Assembly: GCA_963924565.1 (NCBI GenBank)
Contig: OZ004612.1
Coordinates: 28,396,001-28,460,000 of the forward strand
Source of the DNA: Ascidiella aspersa
Taxonomy: Eukaryota
Direction of reading: 5' to 3'
DNA length: 64,000 nucleotides
Shown: positions 1 to 12,859 of the stretch, piece by piece
Layout of the letters: every line of letters begins with the position of its first letter
Position numbering within the stretch: the stretch's first letter is position 1
Position numbers and translations under genes: made by a program
Notes under the pieces: generated by a model
Databases searched by the model: none
Seen by the model: the letters and a program-made list of their open reading frames with translations, nothing else
What the model was told of the DNA's origin: nothing

Positions 1-373
1 TCATTTACTTAAACGTATGGACATATGTATATGTTTGAGTATGGGGGTTATCAATAACGATGGTTTCATTAAATTGTAGGTCCATGAAAAGTTATTGTTG
101 CAAATGCTTAACAATAGGCTATAACTTGTCTTTTCCCAATAAAGTTTATCAAAACGTTAGCTTTTCCCAGGTTTAAGTTTGTACAAAACAAAGGAAAAGG
201 CAATAAAAATGGAAGCATTCTAATAAGCAGTCCAACTATTATGGTGAAGCGACACAGATCGAGACGTTACATATTAATTTAACCGATGTCAAGTTTCACT
301 TTCACCTCAGTTGCATTGGCTACAAAACAAACTTATATACTAACTGTTTAGACTTCATGCCAGTATAACTTAC

Positions 374-679
374 TTTGCCAGCAATGCTGTGAAAATAAAC
401 TTTCCAAAGCATTTTTCAAGTCATTTATCGACGGCGACGACGATCCATAAACAAACGTTAGGCTAATGCTGCCCTTTTCTACCGATCCATCGGATACGAA
501 ACTAAGCACTTTACTTTCTTCTTCGTAATAACAGCCGTAAGATTCCACACCTGTGATTAATTGTGATTTCGGTTTACAGCTTTATTCTGCAAGCATGAAG
601 GCTAACTCAACTTGGACTTACCTTTCCAGATCATAAGTAAAATCAAAACTGTCCTCATGAGCCAACTGTTTTTCTTCAT
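374..679 (-). CDS. Receptor gene 0 (5' part only; continues off the left edge): signal peptide plus first ectodomain exon of the gene-A type
   Basis: Exon 622-679 encodes MKKNSWLMRTVLILLMIWK followed by GTAAGT. Exon 374-550 encodes GVESYGCYYEEESKVLSFVSDGSVEKGSISLTFVYGSSSPSINDLKNALESLFSQHCWQ with AG/GTAAGT ends. It resembles gene A exons 3626-3811 and 2776-2952 (FVSDG motif, terminal Cys). Confidence 0.75.
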
Positions 680-1545
680 TTTTTTTTAAAAGTATTCCTT
701 TGTCATTTTATAAGCATTATTGGCGCCAAAGTTTAAACAAATATTTCATTAAAGATATAGTGTAGCTGTCAGAATAACGAATATTGTTACCAGTGACTTT
801 ATTTATTTCATTTGTATACACGATACCACGCAATAATGTAAACAACATACTACATGCGAAGCAAATAACTTTGAAATACAATACAATATGAATATAAAAC
901 AGGAAATAACAGAATAAAATACAACTGCTAAATGACTTAAACGGAATCAGTCATGGCTTTAAGGATCATAAACAAAAAAACCGTCTATTTGACAACGGCC
1001 ACATTAAGTCACGCCTTATCTAATTATAGCTTTGATTCGCGTAAAAAGCCCCAAGGAAAATTAAAAATGCTGGTCACTTGAAATTGTAAAACTGTCACAC
1101 AGACTTATGCTGAAATGTAGGAAAGTTGAAGGATCAGTGTCGCTTAACGTGAAACACGGTAGCTAAAAGATATTTTGGACGCCCATGCAAATTTGTAATA
1201 TCTGATTTGCTTGTGGGCGTCATACGTTACGGATTTCATAGAAATATAAAATGGGATCTGGGCTCATTGTCGCAATTTAAACGTGACTGGCTCATATATC
1301 ATAATATGAAAAAAAGCTTATTAAAGCATAATCCGTGTTAAAGCACAGTGAGATGTTATAGAACTTATTGGCAGCATCTGTTAAAAAGTTCGGTTCACAT
1401 CGGATAGAGTTCATTGTGTGTGTTGAAACCTATTGGGCGGTTCATATGTGATAGAGCTCGTTATATGTTTGTGTTTAAAACAAAATCCAGATCGAAAAAG
1501 ATAGAACTCAATACAGATCTATCTGTTTCAAAACGTATAGTCAGT

Positions 1546-4131
1546 TTACATCCTATATAGTTCATTTTCCACCACTTGCTTCTCATTGGGTCCGGCCATC
1601 TCATAAGCCGCATTGTAATCAGGACCATCGCCCCTTTCACTAGCTCCACCATGGGCTTGGTATAGTTCGTTGTCGACCATTTCTCGCTGCTCGTATTTCT
1701 CGTACACGTTTCCCGGCCGGTTGTTGCCGATTGGTATGGTGTCGTTTACGCCGAGTGGACTTGCCTTTACTCCCCTGTTTTGCAGGTTGGCGACCATGAC
1801 GGCTTTAGCTGCTTTCAGTCGTATTCGCCTGTGTAATAATAAGACAAAAACTATACAATTTTTTGAATTTTGATCATGATAGGGGAGGCTTGTTCAAAAA
1901 ATTTCTGTCAAATTTGTGTTTTGTGCAAATTATTTTAAGGCGGTTCAATCAACTTTTCTTTAAATACATTAGTGTACACCTGGCACAAAATTTAAGGTTC
2001 CGGTGATTTAATGCAAGGTATTTTATAGTTATTTCCGTTTACAGAAATTCCCATTGACATCATTTTTAGGAACACGGTAAACGTCGTAAACAAGCTCCTA
2101 GAATAAAATCTTATATTCTTCCTTAAATTTATTAACTATACCTTTGCCATAGAATCAGAATGACGACTATTCCGATCAGCATTAATGCCACAGTTGCTCC
2201 AATCAAGCCATATGTCAGGTCTGAAATGTATGTGTGATTAACGTGTATGTTGATTTCACTGCTCAACGTCAATCAAAAGACGTGTATTGAACTTACTTGC
2301 GTGTCCCTGTGATTGCGATCCCAACGTTGTTTTTAGCTGCTGCAATGTCGTTAAGGCAGTGGTCATCTCAAGTGCGTCGGTCATTTCATTTGCAGTTGCA
2401 CTTTTCGTATTGGTCTTTCTGTTTGCGGTTGTGAATACTTTTGACGATATACTCTGAGGGTGTCTGATCGTATTAGGGCATTCTAAATGTAGTGAGTAAC
2501 TTAAAATGCAATGTCCTTAGTTGTATATTTAGGTGTCAAAAATAAACTTACTGTAATACTTTAGCGTATTACAAGAATTCTTATTGCGGGGAAACGACAT
2601 ATTAAAGCTTGAACTTGTCTTAATTTGAAATTGGATTGCGCTATTTCCAATGTATTTCTGTTCGGTACAATGCGGTTGACTATTATTCTCTTCTCCTATT
2701 AAAAACAGAAAACATCCCAATTAGTATATGTGCCTATTTTCGAACTACTTTATAGTATGGCAAAAAGTTGTATACTTAAATGACACCAATTTTCAAACTT
2801 TGGTTTCAGTTGTTCATTAGCTGAAAGTGTATGATCCTGGGTAAAATTTATGGTCACATAACAGATAACTTTGGTTCCGTCAGTTAGAAATGTAATACCC
2901 TCACATTCTGTAGATATTTGTACATCACAAGTGCAACCTTCCGGTGGTAAACCTGTATTTCGCAGGATAATAAATAGTTATTACATAGTATCACCATTTC
3001 TCTCAAATCGCATCTACAAAACGTGTTGAAATCGACAGTATACGTCAACTGTTTATGCGATAGGTCGGTGTTTCCGCCTATCTAAGTGACAATTAGTCAG
3101 ACCAAATCTGGAATAAGACTTTAGCGTCCATTGGAAACGAAGTTATGCTATACATCAGGTATCACCCCCCTATGCAATGATATTACTGTACTTTTAACCA
3201 ACTAATGGGACTGTTATAGGTCTTACGTGAGTTTGCTGAACTGAAGGGTTGTGATACTGGCGTGGTCGACATTATCATATTGGTCTTTTTGTTTGTAGTT
3301 GTTTTTCTTGTAGGTGATGTTATTGGGCGAATTTGGTTCTTGCTTGAACAGTTAAAATCTAAACAACATACGTCGCTGTAAACTTTATATTTTTAACCAC
3401 TATATGGCAAACCTACAGTGCGTAGCACGGTTAGAATCCTTAGAAGAAGTTTCTCCAAACGATACGTTGAAACTATTTCTTGCATTGATTCGGAAGTTAA
3501 AACTGTTGTTTCTTTTTTGCATTTTGCAAGTTTGGCCACCTTGATTAGCCACCCATGTAGTGAGACCTATAGGACGTTGTAGATATAACCTAACGTAGGT
3601 TTTCTCGCATTAAAACCAAACTTACCAGGCAAGCACCAGTCTGCAAAAGCCTCTTTCACATCGCTTATATTAGGAGGTAATAAAGCCTGAGCAATACTTA
3701 TAGTCACGTTACAGATCGTATTCCTTCCGTCGGATACAAATCCAAGGGTTCCATTAGAAGTAGATATAAGCACACTACACATGCATTCGTTCGGCTGCAA
3801 TTCCACCGTCACTTAAGCAAAACAAAGGTTATTAGCTGTTATGTTAAAATTCACGTAAAATATTTGTTACTGCAACTAATACTGATTTTAATTTAAACGC
3901 AATAATACCAGGTTAGGAATAGGATTTGATTTTACACTTTATGGCAATGATAAACGCATATCGATTTAATAGAATGGTCAAGTTTTACTCATAGAGTCAC
4001 AACATCGTCACCTCTTTTTACTTAGGTAGTTATGCACTTTTATTTTATACTTAAGTCTCTTTAGTGACCTTACCTTGGTTTGTAAATAGAATTGTCAGCA
4101 GTCCAAGTACGTTTTCTTTTTTAATCTTCAT
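1546..4131 (-). CDS. Receptor gene A: type-I TM protein (~464 aa) with two tandem unassigned ectodomain+stalk units and a tail with 2 NELY motifs
   Basis: Exons 4074-4131 (signal MKIKKENVLGLLTILFTNQ), 3626-3811, 3417-3566, 3227-3358 (stalk), 2776-2952, 2552-2695, 2297-2482 (stalk), 2142-2220 (TM LTYGLIGATVALMLIGIVVILILW), 1546-1828 (EMVDNELY...QVVENELYRM). All junctions are GT-AG and phase-consistent. Confidence 0.85.
3023..3146. repeat. Intronic copy of the sequence upstream of gene A
   Basis: gacagtatacgtca...gtcggtgtttccgcct...tctggaata...tccattggaaa aligns with 4190-4315. Confidence 0.85.
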
Positions 4132-4189
4132 ACTTATACCCAACTAAGTTTCGTTCATGGCGGCTACAACATTACTTAAGCAAATATAC

Positions 4190-4315
4190 TGTTGAATTCG
4201 ACAGTATACGTCACCTCTTTATGCAATACGTCGGTGTTTCCGCCTTTATAAATAACAATTAATCAGATCAACTCTGGAATATGACGTTACGCTCCATTGG
4301 AAAGAAACTTATGGC
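4190..4315. promoter_or_regulatory. Putative promoter/5' region of gene A, duplicated in intron 4
   Basis: Lies 60-180 bp upstream of the gene A ATG and has a second copy at 3023-3146. Confidence 0.45.
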
Positions 4316-5093
4316 TTATGTTATGTTGATGTTATTTTATGTTATAATGACTTAGGTTAGCTCAAAATTAGCAATATTCCTGTATTTGGCTTTCAGAAAT
4401 TATTTTCTTTACTTTGTCAGTTTCTTGTTATTGAACGTAAGTCGAATGCAGTAGTGGTATATCACATTTAACAATTTAAGCACACGTTTTCCAATTTGCA
4501 ATGTCGTCTTGCACAGAAATAGCCCTGTTTTTCATTGCATGAATCAATTCGAAGATTACTCATTGACGGTTTTTATTAAAACACAGTGGTAAATATTCAA
4601 AATAATTGGAAAGATTCCAAACCATAAATTAAACACACACAATTTTATCACGGTTCGTGATTACCAAAGTAGGAAACGTAAGGTAGTTTAAATTTTAAAA
4701 GAAACTTTTTTGGTTAAAATCTTAACCCAAACTAATTGAGTTGGTTAAAGCGAAGCAAGGTTTCCACTAGGCTGCGCTATACAGTTTTTTAGTGTAATTT
4801 TATACATTTTACACGGCCATTTTGTAATAATCTTTACATTCTATATCGTTAAAAATGTTGAACTTCCGCCATGCAAGTAATTTTAAACGTTTTGACACCA
4901 CTGCAAAACAAATTTTTTATACGGAAAACTTTCCCGATTCTAAATATTGAAAAAAAAACTGAAAAAAACAATCGCCCTAGTGATAACAGTTGCTTTTGCA
5001 TATATACAAATTTATTAAAACCGTTGCTTTATACAAACAAACAAATAAACCTATTTAAGGGAAATTAACCCGATTCTAAACATTCTGTTGAAA

Positions 5094-8000
5094 TCAGTAG
5101 TTACTCCACTGGTCTCCGTCTTCATTGTGCGCCAACTTGCTTTGATAAAGCGAATTCCGCACCATTCCGTAATGACTGGGTGGATCGGGGTCCGCGTAAA
5201 TGTGCGATCCACCTTCTTCCGCATTCTGTTCCGCGATTCCGCCGCATTCCATGTATACGCCATCGCCATATTCGGTGTCCAAGTAGACCTGTTGGGTCGA
5301 TTGGTCAAAGGTAACTCTTCCAGTCGCCGAGTTTTCGTGCATTTTTTCGTTCCTTGTTAAGCGATTTCTGCAGCATTCGCAGTCCTTGAATCTGTCGAAG
5401 CGAACCTCGATGCCTGGTACACATTCCACTCTTCTGGGATATAATTACTTAAAGTAACATTTCGAGCATAATGGCTGGAGGCTGTAGCTAGACGTAGAAC
5501 GAATACCAAACCCATATTAAGGCAGTTACGATATTTTTGAACGTTTTGTTTATTCCAAAATGTAAGACGTTGCAAATGATTAAATAATTATTCAAAACGT
5601 TCAAAATATGCCACTTACTTCTGTATGGGCGTTGATATTTATGCTAGGTTTAACGCAACATGTTTTAACCTTTCAAACAACGATTAAAGCAACCTCTATA
5701 TTTTTATTTTTGATTTCTATATTTAAGTATATATATTTTCCTTGGTATACGTCATACAGCTGTAGGGAAGCTACAAAAATGATTCATTTGCTGTAAGCAA
5801 CTATAAGTCATACAACACAACCATCAATTTGAAATATAGTTTTTGGAAACTTTTCAAAAATAGTGCAAAGTTTTAAAACTATGAAAAGTAGGTATTAATT
5901 TAAGGCCATTGTTTATTAAAGTCTTTACTTTCGTTATTTTTACATAAGTTTAACGTTAGGTCATATTGCCACTTAGTAAATAACGTCCACCTCTCATCCA
6001 CCCATCGGCCGAACTTTTTTAAATGTTTTGAAGCTTGTTATACGCTATTTGCTGGTCCTCTTACCTACATACAATGATAACAACAAGTAGCACGAGAACA
6101 GTCACCGCAACCGCTGCAATTACTCCTGTGTGTGACGCGCCTGGCCTCCTGCCTATTTTAAAACATAAATGTTGGTGTTGACCTTGTGTAGTTTTACTGT
6201 AAGCTTTGAGAAATGCTCTAATAATAGGTTTCGCCAGGACTACGCTTGAATTGTTTTGTCCGTTATAAGTGCTTATTTTAAACACTTTTATTTTTTAAGG
6301 TGTATAACAAATGTAACTAAGGTATTTTAAGTCTATACCTGGTATAAACATCTACTACACTTTATCAGTTTCTGGGCGTTTTGTTCTAAACTATTTTATC
6401 CCACAGGTTAAGTTTCTACGAATTGATATTGGCGTTACAGTTTAATAAAATACCTGACACGATAAACCCCTTATATTTAGGTTACACTGGTTTCAAAACC
6501 AGAACTGACGAACCACTTTTTATCCATATGATAAGTGTATTGAGGCACAAAATTTATCAGCAAAAACACATGTTAAAAAAAACACTTTTACCTTTGTGCC
6601 AAGTAAACGGGAACTTTCCGCGTTGCGGCGTCCACGTTGTTACGTTTTCGTGATAATCGTGATCTGTAAAGAAAATATAGTTTATATTTGAGCGGAGAAG
6701 TAAAGAAAAGACATGCTACCAGTCATACTCAAAGAAACACAATCGCTTACCGCTGGGTATTCCTGACCTTTTGACCCCTGCGTAACAAACAGGGTTAAAT
6801 ATCGTATTCGACAAACAAATAGGGATGTCCGATAATATTGGATCGAGGCCGATAACCGATACCAATTTGTAATGTAAGCAATCGTCCGATACTAAGGTGA
6901 TATCGGTTCCAAATCGGACGAAAAACATAAGTTTTAGTCATGGTTTGCATATCTTTGCAGCGATTTTAGTCTTGAAGTGGATTTAAAAGACGATACTTTG
7001 CATTATTTTGTTGTTGACAGGACAGAAATACCGTCGTGTATAAACAATGTACCGAGGAAACAATTAGCATAGAGCGCCTTTACTAATTGCAACACACGTG
7101 ATATACAGGAAGTGACTAACACTGTATCATAATAACGGGACGGTCCATGCGCCATGGCTGTCTGCCACTTAACCTAGACAAGGTGCCACGCACGTCCAAG
7201 GAATTTATCTATATCACTCTTCGTGCCATTGACGCAACTTTAGCGGAAATTGTGAACGATAAGGTCTATACTTAAAGGCACGAACTAGTTGACGAATTTA
7301 GATTAACTAAATAAGTCCAATAACCAATTTGTTTTCGATGGAATCCGCTCCCACACCAAATGACGTCATTACTATACACAAACAAGCAAAATAGATGAAA
7401 CTTAAACGTCATGACGTAATTGGCCTCAGAGGTAACAAGTTTACAACTTGTTATTAACCTGCTTTTGTTCATAAATTTAGCTTTTAAATAAAATTCGCTG
7501 CGTTTCATAGCAAATGCCTAAAATTCCTTTTTAATTTACCGAGCCGATACCGTCCTCATATCGAGCGGGTACCGATAAAACCTCATGGCATCGGGTTTCG
7601 GCTCCGATTCCACATTTTTAGACATTCTTAGTTAAAAGGTCACAAAAGATACTATTTTGCAATTGATTTCATTTTTTCTACCGCTTTTAATGCAAGTTAA
7701 ATGCAACGCCTTTTTGTAACTGATTTAATTATTGTTACAGCGTTCAATGCAAATAGATCCGTGGTTCAATGCAACCTTATTGCACTTTTGTAAAATAAAC
7801 GTACTGAAATTGAATATACAACTATAACGCACCACCAGATCCGAAAGCCCTGTATTTGAGTGTAAATCCTTCGCCTGTGTCCCATCCCACTAAATGTATT
7901 CGAGGCCATGTTAGGGATTTGTAGACCGAACAAACGTGTGTGCGATGTGACCAAGTTACTTTTGCCCCTGTAAGGACAATACAGCTTCCCTTACTGAACT

Positions 8001-8805
8001 CTGTATCTTGAAGCCCTGAAAAGGATAATTTCGTTAATTGTGCTTTTGTTTTTTCAATGATTTTAAAATAGACTGGCTATACCGAAATTATAACCAACAT
8101 TTAAAATTACAGTTCAATTTTCTTAAAAATAGTGCATACTTTTATAGCTATCTGTTAAAATAAACCTTAATATTAATTATTTCGGATATTTTACATGGAT
8201 AACCTTAAGGGTAGAGATAAGTAAATAACTTGAAGAAATAAGAGTCTGCTACAATCGTGTTTACCAAACCTTTGAAGAAATTAAATTGGTTGCCCCGCCT
8301 TATTCTTACCGTGAAAATCGGCTCGTTTCAAAGTCAAGTCTCCCTGAAGAACCGAGAGCTTTACGTGTGTGAATTGGCTGGCGACTTGTTCGCTAATCTT
8401 AAAGTATTTGCATCGGCTCTTGACGGAGAAGTCGTGCACGTGTTCGTGGGCGTCTATCTTCAGGATGTGGTTCGATGCGCACGAATTGCCCGGTTTGCTA
8501 GTTAATGGCACAAAATTCCCACCTGTACGAATATCAACAGTGAATTAGAACCCAGTTTCGAAATATAGCATAGTACTATAGCTAATAGTTTTGTTTTCGC
8601 CTCACTTAAATGCAAAAAACAACAGTACAAAAGTTTTTTAGTACCATATAGATTTGCTGTTAACATTTGGGTCGTATGTAGTCTTACACTATCAAATTCC
8701 AGTTTGCTTGTTTGCTACAAAATTGTTAAGTTAAGGATTAATTTACAAACCTGCATATTCCACGAATCCAATTATAATATTGACAACTGTTAATAATATC
8801 CACAT
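5094..8805 (-). CDS. Receptor gene B: divergent CUB-like domain, short non-mucin linker, TM, Tyr-rich tail
   Basis: Exons 8751-8805 (signal MWILLTVVNIIIGFVEYA), 8310-8522, 7833-8015 (ends GEGFTLKYRAF, like the last CUB strand), 6751-6777, 6592-6663, 6065-6152 (TM GVIAAVAVTVLVLLVVIIVC), 5094-5367 (IYADPDPPSHYGMVRNSLY). Confidence 0.85.
6820..7630. mobile_element. Degenerate non-autonomous DNA transposon (hAT-like) in a gene B intron
   Basis: Ends tagggatgtccgata... and ...gacattctta form an imperfect TIR, with subterminal ccgata/tatcgg repeats at both ends. Related fragments occur near 26883 and 59337. No clear TSD. Confidence 0.5.
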
Positions 8806-9478
8806 ACTTTTAATCGATTTTACTTATAAATTGAAATAAAATGTATGACCATAGGAAGTTAGCTAAATAAAAATTATTTTTTTGATTAACTTTGGGTTTC
8901 TTGTTCTGTGCGGACAATACATTTGCTTCCGTCTTTTTATTTCCTTATAACTAGCCTTTCTTTTGGTTTCTATACAACAGGCGGCAAAGCTTGAGTTTTA
9001 CAACTTTGCAATCCTTTTATTGTTAGATGGTAACTTGCGAACCATATTCCTGAAACCATATCCTCTCTGAGGTCTTGCCAGCCAACATTTGAGCTGCTTT
9101 TTTCATAGTTCGTACGTATTAGAGTTTCTTAACGTAAGCTACAACACGTGTATCCTGTATGTCTGGAATTTTGTCTGAAATGACTAAAATTTGTTTTACA
9201 AATCTGTCCTGTTTTCGAGATTTAAGCTAGCAGACTTAACGATCTAAGTTTACGCTTTATTGACTGAAATCCACAACGACTAATAAACACCAATATAAAG
9301 CTATTAAAAAAAATAACACCGATATATACATCACAAAAAATACCAATGTACAGCTATTATGCTTAACGCCAAAATTGAAACAGACAATTATTTTTTAGGA
9401 CTGTTTATTCCAGAAACTCATTTTTTTCCTTTTAATTAAAAGCATAGCAAAAGTATTTTGTTTCATAGACTGTTTTTG

Positions 9479-11723
9479 TCATACATTCTTCTCGGTATTA
9501 TTCTCATGCGAATAGGATTGGTATAACGAGTTGTGTACCAATCCATAGTTATGGTCCGTTCCGTTTTCTTGATATTGAACATAGGTTTTATCACCAGCGT
9601 TTGCATGTGTAAGGTCAACTTTTGCATTGGTGTTGTAAATTGAATTTTCAACCATGCCGTAGTTGCTTTCGGCTGGGTTCGTTTGGCCTTGTGCCGAAAT
9701 TACATCATTTTTATCCGCTGGTGGAGACGATGTTTGATGATATATGGAATTATCCACCATTCCGTAGTGTGATTCCGCATTGTTGCTCCGTTGAATAGAG
9801 TTTTCCGCATATGTGTAATCCGTATTTTGGTTGCCGGCGTATGAGTCCAGGTTTTTGCTTTTCTTTGACGTTTTGTCATCGTGGCCTTTCCTTATGCATC
9901 TGGAATACGAATAAATTTAAATATTTTTTTTTATTTGGCTGTATTTGTGTTTAATAGAGACATTGGTTAAGGACATCTTACAGTTGGACTAAAATTAATT
10001 CATAATTCACGTGTTACTTTTTAGCTACCGCTTGAAACTCCAACTTTAAGCTAAGATTTTTAGACTGTTACCAAGAACAGATAATAATATATTTTCTTAA
10101 TATTGTCTCTAAGGAGTGTATTATATGCCTATTAAAGCAAGTTTTTTATTGTGTGAGCTTTGTTAAATTTGATAAATCAACTGGTTAGCAACATCACGTT
10201 TTACCTGAGGTATATAACAACAGCTATGGCGATGGCAAGTAACGGCAATGTTACACCGACAACAATTGCGGTGGTTGAATTGTTAGCATCTGGAATAAAA
10301 TAATATACTTGTAATTTGATTTATTTTTGTATACACGCCAATTTGACCAATCGCTTACCTTTAGGTGTTTGTGTAGTAGAAACAAAAAAGGGAGCTACAG
10401 TTGTAGTCGTTGTAACTGAAATTCAAAGTACAACTAATTAGGCGACTATTGTTATGGGTTTATAATAAATACCGGTCATACATAGGAAAATAGTCATTAT
10501 ACACGTAATACACACAATAATGTGTGATCCCATGTTTTTTCCACAAAGTTTTTTTTATCTTGCTACAACCCTAAACCATAATAACGTCCATTATAGTCAA
10601 CCTAGCAAAAACGTTTGGTAAACGCTTTAAGAACTTATATAGTTATAGTTTGCCTTTATATGCATAAAACTACAGTAGCCATTAAATTCGCAGTCCAACT
10701 TACCACCGAGAAATGCCATGTAAGTCAACTTTAATCCTTTTCTGGTTGTAATCGGAGCCACAAAAATGATTTTATCCCAAGACACCGGGGTGAGATTAGT
10801 ACAACCAACCCCACTGTTAACACCTTGTGAATTCCTTGCAATTAAAATGCAATCACCAGCAGAAAACTTCCTTCCTCCCTCTACAAACAAATATTGGATG
10901 ATATTTTTTCTGCTTTGCAGCTAAAAATACAGCACACAAGTCTATTTTACCTTGAAATGCGTTTACTGGCGCACTAATTCGTCCTTCCAGAACTAGCAGC
11001 TGTACCGCATCAAATCGCAACGATATGTTCATTCTAACTGGAATAATTTCAATTTTGTTCGAAGGAACGATTGTAAATGTTCCGTTGAAATCAGTGATCG
11101 AAAGCCATCTGGTTGAATTTCTTAAGGCCATAGTTAAACCTGAATTAAAATTACCTTTTTTGATTTAATCTTGCTGTAGTCAACATATATAGTCCGATCT
11201 TTAAAAAAACAATTGTAGAACATGAAATGAAAATTCTTATGACTTTTCTTTGAACATTAGGATCTTACAATCAACGGTTAAATCGGGGGATACGCTTATT
11301 AGTGTATAACGATGTTTTTGCAAATTTTAGCTATGATATAATTTTATTTATAATTCTGTCGTTTTATCCCTGTGGAATATGGTACAAAGAAACAATAACA
11401 CCTTTTAATTGCTATAAAGCATTGCTTCTCTAAAATATAATAAAATAGCAACCAATATGCCTTTGGCTCTACGCCTAATAAATACTAGTAAAATCCAGGA
11501 TATTCTTATTGATGTACAACGTTTTAAGTATATATAAAATATATTTTTCATATGTTTTCATTAATATATTGTTGGTTTTCTCTGTGGCATGGGGTATAAC
11601 GAAACGATAACACTTTTTAATTGCTGTAAGTACTACGGCATTAAATAATTTTAAACGAAACAACTTACCGCAAAAGCAAGTTAGCAGCATCAACGCATAA
11701 ACACAGTTGCAGTGCTCTGCCAT
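9479..11723 (-). CDS. Receptor gene C: divergent CUB-like domain, short stalk, TM, tail with three YG(M/L)VxNS(I/L)Y repeats
   Basis: Exons 11669-11723 (signal), 10951-11139, 10704-10880 (KGLKLTY), 10359-10415 (stalk), 10205-10289 (TM AIVVGVTLPLLAIAIAVVIYL), 9479-9899. Confidence 0.87.
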
Positions 11724-12446
11724 CAGCAGTATCCTCTCAATTACTGCTTAATAACTCCTATACTTCGCAATAGAAATAAGCTTAATGTTTTCCGATTAAC
11801 TTGAAAAGCTCTCCTCGGTTAAGCTATAAGTTATGTGTTGTTTGACGCGCAACTGAAACCGTGCCAAGGTTTAACAAATTACTTCTTCCGCTGACGTAGG
11901 TTACCCGTATACCGTATCTACAAGTGGCTTATATTATTCAGTAAGTTAAACGAGTAATTTCACGACCGCGTATACACTCATCACAGGCTTTCTAAATTTT
12001 GGCGAATTCTCAGAAAGCTATATTTTTCTTGGGCTACATGTAGATTGTGTGGTATACAGATATAGACAGCGACATGTTTGCATTAAAACACAAAAATTTT
12101 GCATATTAGATTGTTTCTTGTTTTAAATTGTTAGGAGGTTCTAAAACCTTGTTAGGCTAAGTTAAAACTAAAGCATTATCACTACCACCAAACTTGCTAT
12201 ACGACCATTTTCCAAATCAGTATAGCTATAGAAGATTAATATTTCGAAATCTAATAGAGATTTGGCGTGTTTACTAATCTTTCTAAGTCATAATGGTATA
12301 AATTTAAAACATTGACGTTGCCTAACATTATTGATTAGATATTTCTTCTGAAAAGTCGAGAGGAGTAAACCACATAAAAAGAAAAAGAAAAAATGCGATA
12401 AAAGTTTTAAAAAAAGGACGATATTTTGCACGAAGATACCTAAAAC

Positions 12447-12714
12447 ATTGGTTTATATTTATATAAACTGTTGCTACCAGGCATGGTAATATAAATCAAA
12501 AACAGATCCTCTGGTAATTGTAATTGTTAACCAACGTTTCGGCAACCTATACGAGCATTGCTCGCGTTATTTCTGGTTTTTTTTGCTTTTCATTTATTGT
12601 ACGAGCGTTCAGTGCCATTCACCCTGACGAAGGCGGCTTGTATTGGTTGCCGAAACGTTGGTTAACAATTACAATTACCAGAGGATCTGTTTTTGATTTA
12701 TATTGGTTTATATT
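12447..12714. mobile_element. Penelope-like retroelement remnant: ~70-bp inverted repeat with a hammerhead-ribozyme-like core
   Basis: Arms 12488-12557 and 12636-12704 are near-perfect reverse complements. ctgacga-a-ggcggc/gttgcc-gaaac lies at 12624-12656. The flanking 13-bp direct repeat attggtttatatt is at 12447-12459 and 12702-12714. Confidence 0.6.
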
Positions 12715-12859
12715 ATTTTATTGTACGTATTGCAACAAAATATACAACAAAAAAGTTGTTTAATTAATCTTCTTTGTCACATACGAAAATACAATAAATG
12801 CACGCGGGTTGTAATCGATTTATTTGTACTGTCTTGGATGTGGTTTTAACTTTTTGCCG

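Noticed and set aside
6716-6928. 70-aa Cys-containing ORF as a gene B exon
   Set aside because: Most of it lies in a transposon end; only 6751-6777 has proper splice signals.
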